This document shows positions 56,702 to 64,000 of a stretch of 64,000 nt of DNA, in pieces (within the stretch, counting starts at the first letter, position 1; every line of letters begins with the position of its first letter). Made by a program: the position numbers and the translations under genes. Location: NCBI GenBank assembly GCA_021780315.1, contig JAJXYY010000027.1, positions 11,179-75,178 on the forward strand. Direction: 5' to 3'. The notes beneath the pieces were generated by a model, which was given only the letters and a program-made list of their open reading frames with translations, did no database searches and was not told the origin of the DNA. Origin of the DNA: Acidobacteriota bacterium. Its GTDB lineage: Bacteria > Acidobacteriota > Terriglobia > Terriglobales > Acidobacteriaceae.

Positions 56702-58030
56702 ATGCAGGTAACGAAGGTGATGGTACGCGGAGTGGAAGCGCCGGAGACGGGTGGTGGGCAGCGGGTTTTTCCGACGGGACAGATCGCGCTGTTTGTGCTG
56801 GTGACGGTGCTGTTTTTTCTGTGGGGGATGTCGAACAATCTGACAGACATACTGGTGCAGCAGTTCCGGAAGTCGTTTGAGCTGTCGCAGTTGGGGGCGC
56901 AGTTGGTGCAGACGGCAAATTATCTGGGGTACTTCACGATGGCGATACCGGCGGCGCTGGTGATGCGGCGCTGGGGGTACAAGGCGGGGATGGTGCTGGG
57001 ACTGGGGCTGTTCGGCACGGGGATGGTGTTGTTCTGGCCGGCGGCGGTGAGCGGGCAATATGTACCTTTTCTGGTTGCATTATTTACAGTGGGCTGCGGG
57101 GCGTCGGTGTTGGAGACGGCGGCGAACCCTTTTATGGCGCAGTTCGGTCCGGCGGCGACGTCGGAGCGGCGGCTGAACTTTGCGCAGTCGTTCAATCCTC
57201 CGGGGACGATTGTGGGGGTGATACTGGGGGCGAAGTTTATCTTTTCGGGGGTGGAGTTGAAGGCGCCGGAGGTGGCGGCGATGAAGCAGGCGGGGACGTA
57301 TGCGGGATATTTGCATACGGAGTTGATGCGAGTGGTGCCGACGTACCTGGCGCTGGGTACGGTGGTGTTGTTGTTTGGTGTGGTGTTGTCGCGGATGAAG
57401 TTTCCGGTAATGGAGGGTGGTGGGGAAGGGCAGGAGGAAGACCATGGCAGCTTTGGCGCACTGCTGCATCATCCGCATTTATGGTTTGCGGTGATGGCTC
57501 TGTTTTGTGCGGTGGGGGCGCAGGTTTCGATGTGGAGCAGCCTGATTCCGTACATGAAGGAGTACACCACGGTGAGTGAGCGTACGGCGGCGGGCTACCT
57601 GACGGGTTGCCTGGTGGCGATGGCGCTGGGGCGATTTACGACGACTCCGCTGATGAAGTATGTGGCTCCGAGCAAGCTGCTGGCGTTGTATGGCGCAGCG
57701 AATGTGTTGCTGCTGGGGGTGGCGATGGTGAAGCCGGGGATTCTGGGTGCGTATGGGATTGTAGGGAGCAGCTATTTTCAGTCGATCATGTTTCCGACGA
57801 TCTTTGCGCTGGGGTTGAAGGGTCTGGGTGGGAGCACGAAGCTGGCGGGTTCTTTTCTGGTGATGTCGATTGTTGGTGGTGCGGTGTTTCCGCCGGTGCT
57901 GGGGTTGGTGGCGAAGGCTACGGGGAGCCTGGCGTGGTCGTACGTGGTGCCGCTGTTGGGATTTGGTGCGGTGTCTTTGTACGGGTTTCTGGCGGAGCGG
58001 GTGCTGTGGCGTGAGACGAACGTTAGCTAG
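56702..58030 (+). CDS. FucP/GluP-family MFS sugar:H+ symporter
   Basis: FFLWGMSNNLTD, LETAANP, RLNFAQSFNP and SIMFPTIFAL motifs. Start uncertain; ATG 56702 chosen. Confidence 0.92.
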   Translation: MQVTKVMVRGVEAPETGGGQRVFPTGQIALFVLVTVLFFLWGMSNNLTDILVQQFRKSFELSQLGAQLVQTANYLGYFTMAIPAALVMRRWGYKAGMVLGLGLFGTGMVLFWPAAVSGQYVPFLVALFTVGCGASVLETAANPFMAQFGPAATSERRLNFAQSFNPPGTIVGVILGAKFIFSGVELKAPEVAAMKQAGTYAGYLHTELMRVVPTYLALGTVVLLFGVVLSRMKFPVMEGGGEGQEEDHGSFGALLHHPHLWFAVMALFCAVGAQVSMWSSLIPYMKEYTTVSERTAAGYLTGCLVAMALGRFTTTPLMKYVAPSKLLALYGAANVLLLGVAMVKPGILGAYGIVGSSYFQSIMFPTIFALGLKGLGGSTKLAGSFLVMSIVGGAVFPPVLGLVAKATGSLAWSYVVPLLGFGAVSLYGFLAERVLWRETNVS

Positions 58031-58041
58031 AAGTGATGGAG

Positions 58042-58779
58042 CTAGAAGTGACGGAGCGGGTCGACGGCTGAGGTGGGAGGGTTGAGTTCGTCGGTGGCGT
58101 CGGAGGTAGTGAGGTCGACGTTACGTTCGAGCGAGCGGCTGACGATCTCGCGGGAGCCGAGGCCGATGGCGAGGGCGAGGGTGAGGACGATGCCGCCGAA
58201 GAGGATGCCGAAGGCGAGTTCGACGACGGTACCGCCGACCTGGAGGTGATCGAGGACCATGGCTCCGGTGAGGACGAGCACGAGCCATTTGACTCCGAGC
58301 GAGAGGAAGCGGGCGTACTGGAGGCGGGCGTTGACGGCACCGATGAGGACAGAACGGGCGAGGAAGCGAGCGATGAGGTTGCCGACGACGAGCAGCAGGA
58401 CTGCACCGATGGCGTGGGTGAGATAGGGCAGCAGGAAGACGGAGACGGGCGAGTTGTTGGAGAAGGAGGCATCGAAGGCGGAGATGCCGATGCCGCCGCC
58501 GATGAGGACGCAGGCCCAGAAGACGAAGCGTGCGATGAGCAGGGTGGGGCTGTGGGCGGGGGACCAGTCGGCGACGGCGGCGGTCTGGTTGCGTGCGATG
58601 CGCTGATCGAAGTGGGTGGCGGCGAGGATGCGGCGCAGGGTGGCGGCGAGGAGAGCACCGACGGCGGTCATGACGAGGACGGCGACGAGGAGCGCGACGA
58701 GCCCGGGGAGGAAGCTGGCGAGTTTGAAGAGTGCGCGGTGGGCGGATTGGCTGAGCGCGAAGTGAACTTGTTGCCACAT
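58042..58779 (-). CDS. Membrane protein with MscS-type conserved TM-helix repeats (CmpX-like)
   Basis: FLPGLVALLVAVLV...LPYLTHAIGAVLLL...LAFGILFGGIVLTLALAIGLGSRE. Confidence 0.75.
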   Translation of the reverse strand: MWQQVHFALSQSAHRALFKLASFLPGLVALLVAVLVMTAVGALLAATLRRILAATHFDQRIARNQTAAVADWSPAHSPTLLIARFVFWACVLIGGGIGISAFDASFSNNSPVSVFLLPYLTHAIGAVLLLVVGNLIARFLARSVLIGAVNARLQYARFLSLGVKWLVLVLTGAMVLDHLQVGGTVVELAFGILFGGIVLTLALAIGLGSREIVSRSLERNVDLTTSDATDELNPPTSAVDPLRHF

Positions 58780-58844
58780 GATGAGTCTCCTTACGGGTGC
58801 TTGCTGCTATTTGTAACGGAACAGGTTGCGAATATGGGTTGGTG

Positions 58845-60065
58845 TTATGGATTGAAACGGTCTGGCCAGCGCCAGCGTGAGACGAGGTAGGGCTTGTCAC
58901 GCTCGAAGGTGGCGGCGAGGTCGGAGATGTGTTGTTCGGCTGGCGTTCCTGCGTCGGTAAAGAGGATGTGGGAGGCGACCCAGGCGAGGTAGAGGGGGGT
59001 GAGAGCCCCAAGGAGGTGACCGCGGTTGATGGTGCGGATGCGGAAGGCGAGGGCGAAGTCGTAGACGATGCGGGTCCAGAGGGTGTCGGACATGTGGAAG
59101 GCGGTGGGCGGCATCTGGGAGAGGCGCTTGAGGCCTAGCAGAGAGTTGGGCGGGAGGACGAGCGACCAGATGTCGGCGAGGTTGATGTAGGCGATGCGGA
59201 AGGCTTCGAGCATGGGGGTGACGTCGGGGACGCCGGGGGTGGGGTTGGGGGTTTCGCGGAGTGGCTGCAGGGGTTGGGCGGGGCGAGCGCGCTGCCAGTA
59301 TGCGGCTTTGGTGTCGATGTCGGCGAAGAGGGAGGCGGCGACGTGGGCGAGCAGCGCGTTGAGGTCTAGCGAGGGCGGCTGGGGCAACTGGCGTGGGCAG
59401 CCGTCGACTTCGGCGATGAGGAAGTTGGCGGATGCGGCTTCGGCGACGGGCCAGAGAATGGCTTCGTGGTGTCCGGCGGTGAGGGAGCGCTGTGCGGAGT
59501 TGGCGAGGCGTTGGGCCATGCGGAGGGAGAGACCGAGATCGACGGCGAGCGGGAAGCGGGGTCGTGTGCCGTAGAGGGCACGGGTGACGGGGTAGAGGAT
59601 GGCGGAGTTGACGAGGCCTTCGCGGGCGCCGAGATGGTAGTGGGGAAGGATGAGGTCGGCGGAGTCGGCGGCGAGGCTGCGGAGGAGGCTGGGTGGGAGA
59701 ACTTCGGCGCCGGGGCCGAGCAGCAGGCAGGTGGCGGCCTGGTGCTGCTGGGCAAGGGCGTCGGCGTCGATGAAACGGGCTGGTGGGAGGACGAGTTCGA
59801 TGCTGGCGGCGGCTACGGGTGGATAGGTGAGCAGGTGCAGGTTGGCGGTGGCGAGATGCGGTGGGGCGGGGGCGTCGGCGGGGGTGGCGAGGAGGAGGCT
59901 GCGGTGGGGAAAGGCGAGGGTGAGGTTGGCGAGGGTGGCGTGGAGGGCGTCGGCGGATTGGGGCGGGAGGGAGACGAGGAGCGCGGCGGTGGAGGTCGCG
60001 GGCGGGGCAGCGTTCTGCGCGGGGGAAGCGGCGGCGAGATCGGGAGTGGTGTTAGTGAAGGGCAT
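58845..60065 (-). CDS. Degenerate GT2/glucosylglycerate-synthase-like protein
   Basis: NSAILYPVTRALYG and FERDKPYLVSRW resemble Ggs-type GT2 enzymes (from memory); acidic catalytic motifs are not evident. Confidence 0.55.
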   Translation of the reverse strand: MPFTNTTPDLAAASPAQNAAPPATSTAALLVSLPPQSADALHATLANLTLAFPHRSLLLATPADAPAPPHLATANLHLLTYPPVAAASIELVLPPARFIDADALAQQHQAATCLLLGPGAEVLPPSLLRSLAADSADLILPHYHLGAREGLVNSAILYPVTRALYGTRPRFPLAVDLGLSLRMAQRLANSAQRSLTAGHHEAILWPVAEAASANFLIAEVDGCPRQLPQPPSLDLNALLAHVAASLFADIDTKAAYWQRARPAQPLQPLRETPNPTPGVPDVTPMLEAFRIAYINLADIWSLVLPPNSLLGLKRLSQMPPTAFHMSDTLWTRIVYDFALAFRIRTINRGHLLGALTPLYLAWVASHILFTDAGTPAEQHISDLAATFERDKPYLVSRWRWPDRFNP

Positions 60066-60086
60066 CGGTGTGTGGAGTTTCCGGGG

Positions 60087-61841
<1,755 letters not shown>

Positions 61842-62165
61842 ACGTCACTCGCTTTCGTTCGCGGATGGAGTTCGCTGATGCAACGAAGGTTTTGTTGATG
61901 CAAGGTGGTGCTGGAACGGTCTGGTGCGACGGGTGCAACAACAGGGTGGGATGCGTGGTGGGGACGATGCGTTTGCTGAAGGGCGGAGATTTTCTGTGGA
62001 TCGGCGCAGGCAGGGGCAGAGTAAGTGCTTTGTTGCGAGCGACGTGAGCGCAGGTGCAACCCGAAGTTGGAGCTGCGGCTCTAAGGACGTATAGGACGCG
62101 AGTTATCGAGACCAATTGATTGCTGCACTGCTTCGCCTGAGCCGCATGAAACGAGTGTGTTTATC

Positions 62166-64000
62166 GTGAAAACAGTTCCACAATCTACATATCGCCTACA
62201 ACTGCATGCGGGGTTTGATTTTGACGATGCGGCGCGTGTGGTGGAGTATCTGCATGCTTTGGGGATCTCGCATGTGTATTGCTCTCCATATCTACAGGCA
62301 GCGCCGGGGAGTACGCATGGGTATGACGTGGTGGACCAGCAGAAGGTGAATGAAGAGTTGGGTGGCGCGGCGGGCCATGCGCGTTTTTGCGAGCGGCTGC
62401 GGGAGCTGGGGATGGGGCAGATACTGGATATTGTGCCGAACCACATGTCGCTGGGGCGGGAGAACCAGTACTGGTGGGATGTGCTGGAGAACGGTAGTGC
62501 GAGCCGGTATGCGTCGTACTTCGATATTGATTGGGAGCCGCAGGAGGAGCGGCTGCGGGATAAGGTGCTGGTACCGATTCTGCCGGACCAGTATGGGCGG
62601 GTGCTGCAGGAGGGTGAGATCAAAGTGGTGCGGCATGGGGGAATGTTTCTGGTGGAGTGTGTGGGGCAGAGTTTTCCGGTATCGCCGTTATCGGAGCCGG
62701 CGATACTGGCGCGTGCCGCGGAGTATGCGAAGTCGGATGCGTTGAGCTTTGCGGCGGACTCGTTTGGGCGGTTGCCATTGCCGGAGTTTATTGATCGCCG
62801 GACGATTCTGGCTCGGCATCGGGACAAGGTGGTGTTGCACGGGATGCTGGAACGGCTGTGCGCGGAAGAGCCGAAGGTTGCCGAGGCGCTGGACCGGGTG
62901 GTGGCGGAGTTGAATAGAAATCTGGATGGGCTGGATGATTTTCTGAATCAGCAGAACTACCGTCTGGCGTACTGGAAGACTGCGGGACAGCAGTTGGGGT
63001 ATCGGCGATTCTTCGATGTGAATACGCTGGTGGGTCTGCGGGTGGAGCGGGAGTATGTGCTGGAGGAGACGCATGCGCTGGTGCTGGACTGGCTGGAGCG
63101 GGGCGTGCTGGATGGGGTTCGGGTGGATCATCCGGATGGGTTGCGCGATCCTCTGGAGTATCTGACGCGGCTACGGGAGCGGGCTCCGCAGGCTTGGATT
63201 GTGGGGGAGAAGATACTGGAGCGTGGCGAGTATCTGCGGTCGAACTGGCCGATGGAAGGGACGACGGGCTACGACTTTATGAATGCGGCGCTGGGGGTGC
63301 TGGCGCGGCCGGAGGGGTTGCGGGAGTTGACGGCGGTGTATGCGGATTTTACGGGGCAGCCGACGAACTTCGACGAGATTGCGCATGAGAAGAAGCTGAT
63401 GGTGGGGCAGGATTCGCTGGGGAGCGATGTGAATCGTCTGGCGTCGCTGCTGGTGCAGATCTGCGAGAGCAACCGAAACCATCGCGACCATACGCGGGCG
63501 GAGATACGGCGTGCGATTCGCGAGGTGGCGGCGTGTTTTCGGGTGTACCGGACGTATGTGGTGCCGGCGCGCAACGAGATTACGGACGAGGACCGCGCGG
63601 TGATAGTGCAGGCGACGGAGTGCGCGAAGCAGAGGCGTTCGGACATCGATGCGAGCCTGTTCGACTTTATGCGGCAGTTGCTGACGCTGGAGGTAGAGGG
63701 TAAGCAGGAGAGCGAGTTCGTGCTGCGGTTTCAGCAGTTCACCGGACCGGTGATGGCGAAGGGCGTGGAGGATACGGCGTTCTACTGCTACAACCGCCTG
63801 GCGGCGATGAATGAGGTGGGTGGCGATCCGGCGGGCGATGGGTGGAGTGTGGAGGAGTTCCACGCGTACTGCGCGAAGATGCAGGCGACGCATCCACATT
63901 CGATGACGGCGCTGGCGACGCATGACACGAAGCGCAGCGATGATGTGCGAGCGCGGATGCTGGTGTTGACGGAGATGCCGGGGCGGTTTGGCGCGGCGGT
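62166..64000 (+). CDS. treY: Malto-oligosyltrehalose synthase, runs off the window end (3' truncated)
   Basis: From GTG 62166: MKTVPQSTYRLQLHAGF...GSTHGYDVVD...DIVPNHM...RVDHPDGL...THDTKRSDDVRAR. Missing from the ORF track because no stop lies in the window. Confidence 0.96.
   Translation, partial: MKTVPQSTYRLQLHAGFDFDDAARVVEYLHALGISHVYCSPYLQAAPGSTHGYDVVDQQKVNEELGGAAGHARFCERLRELGMGQILDIVPNHMSLGRENQYWWDVLENGSASRYASYFDIDWEPQEERLRDKVLVPILPDQYGRVLQEGEIKVVRHGGMFLVECVGQSFPVSPLSEPAILARAAEYAKSDALSFAADSFGRLPLPEFIDRRTILARHRDKVVLHGMLERLCAEEPKVAEALDRVVAELNRNLDGLDDFLNQQNYRLAYWKTAGQQLGYRRFFDVNTLVGLRVEREYVLEETHALVLDWLERGVLDGVRVDHPDGLRDPLEYLTRLRERAPQAWIVGEKILERGEYLRSNWPMEGTTGYDFMNAALGVLARPEGLRELTAVYADFTGQPTNFDEIAHEKKLMVGQDSLGSDVNRLASLLVQICESNRNHRDHTRAEIRRAIREVAACFRVYRTYVVPARNEITDEDRAVIVQATECAKQRRSDIDASLFDFMRQLLTLEVEGKQESEFVLRFQQFTGPVMAKGVEDTAFYCYNRLAAMNEVGGDPAGDGWSVEEFHAYCAKMQATHPHSMTALATHDTKRSDDVRARMLVLTEMPGRFGAA

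Overview
This is a high-GC bacterial chromosomal window. Protein styles and intergenic repeats point to Acidobacteriaceae (Granulicella/Edaphobacter/Terriglobus-like), which is an inference. The left part holds the end of the spc operon and the alpha operon (rplO to rplQ), a GAF-PAS-GGDEF cyclase, an M24 peptidase operon, rimP-nusA-infB, an ArsR/SRPBCC pair, an AsmA-like gene, and DUF503-rbfA-nrnA-GT39-GNAT. The right part holds guaB; an FAD/Fe-S oxidoreductase-ALDH7-eutBC run divergent from a class-III aminotransferase; a P-type ATPase; a nitroreductase; tRNA-Pro(CGG); a 1.4-kaa NHL/Ig-like surface protein; a molybdenum hydroxylase cluster; a low-GC two-gene islet; a lactonase/Zn-dehydrogenase/FucP cluster; and trehalose genes (treS, partial treY). 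The main unexplained structure is a polarity switch. The + strand changes from strongly C-rich to strongly G-rich at about 24 kb, regardless of gene direction. About two thirds of genes point towards that switch, four intergenic repeat families all flip orientation across it, and a dif-like 28-mer lies at 20888-20915. Together these suggest a replication terminus with a C-rich leading strand, but an origin or a rearrangement is not excluded. Other candidates worth following up are a Tat-exported hydrophobic-tail precursor with a small membrane partner (toxin/immunity-like), a composite upstream element with helically phased octamers, and an apparently catalytically dead glucosylglycerate-synthase-like protein in the treS operon. 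No CRISPR array, IS transposase or integrase was seen. All calls are by eye; no searches were run.
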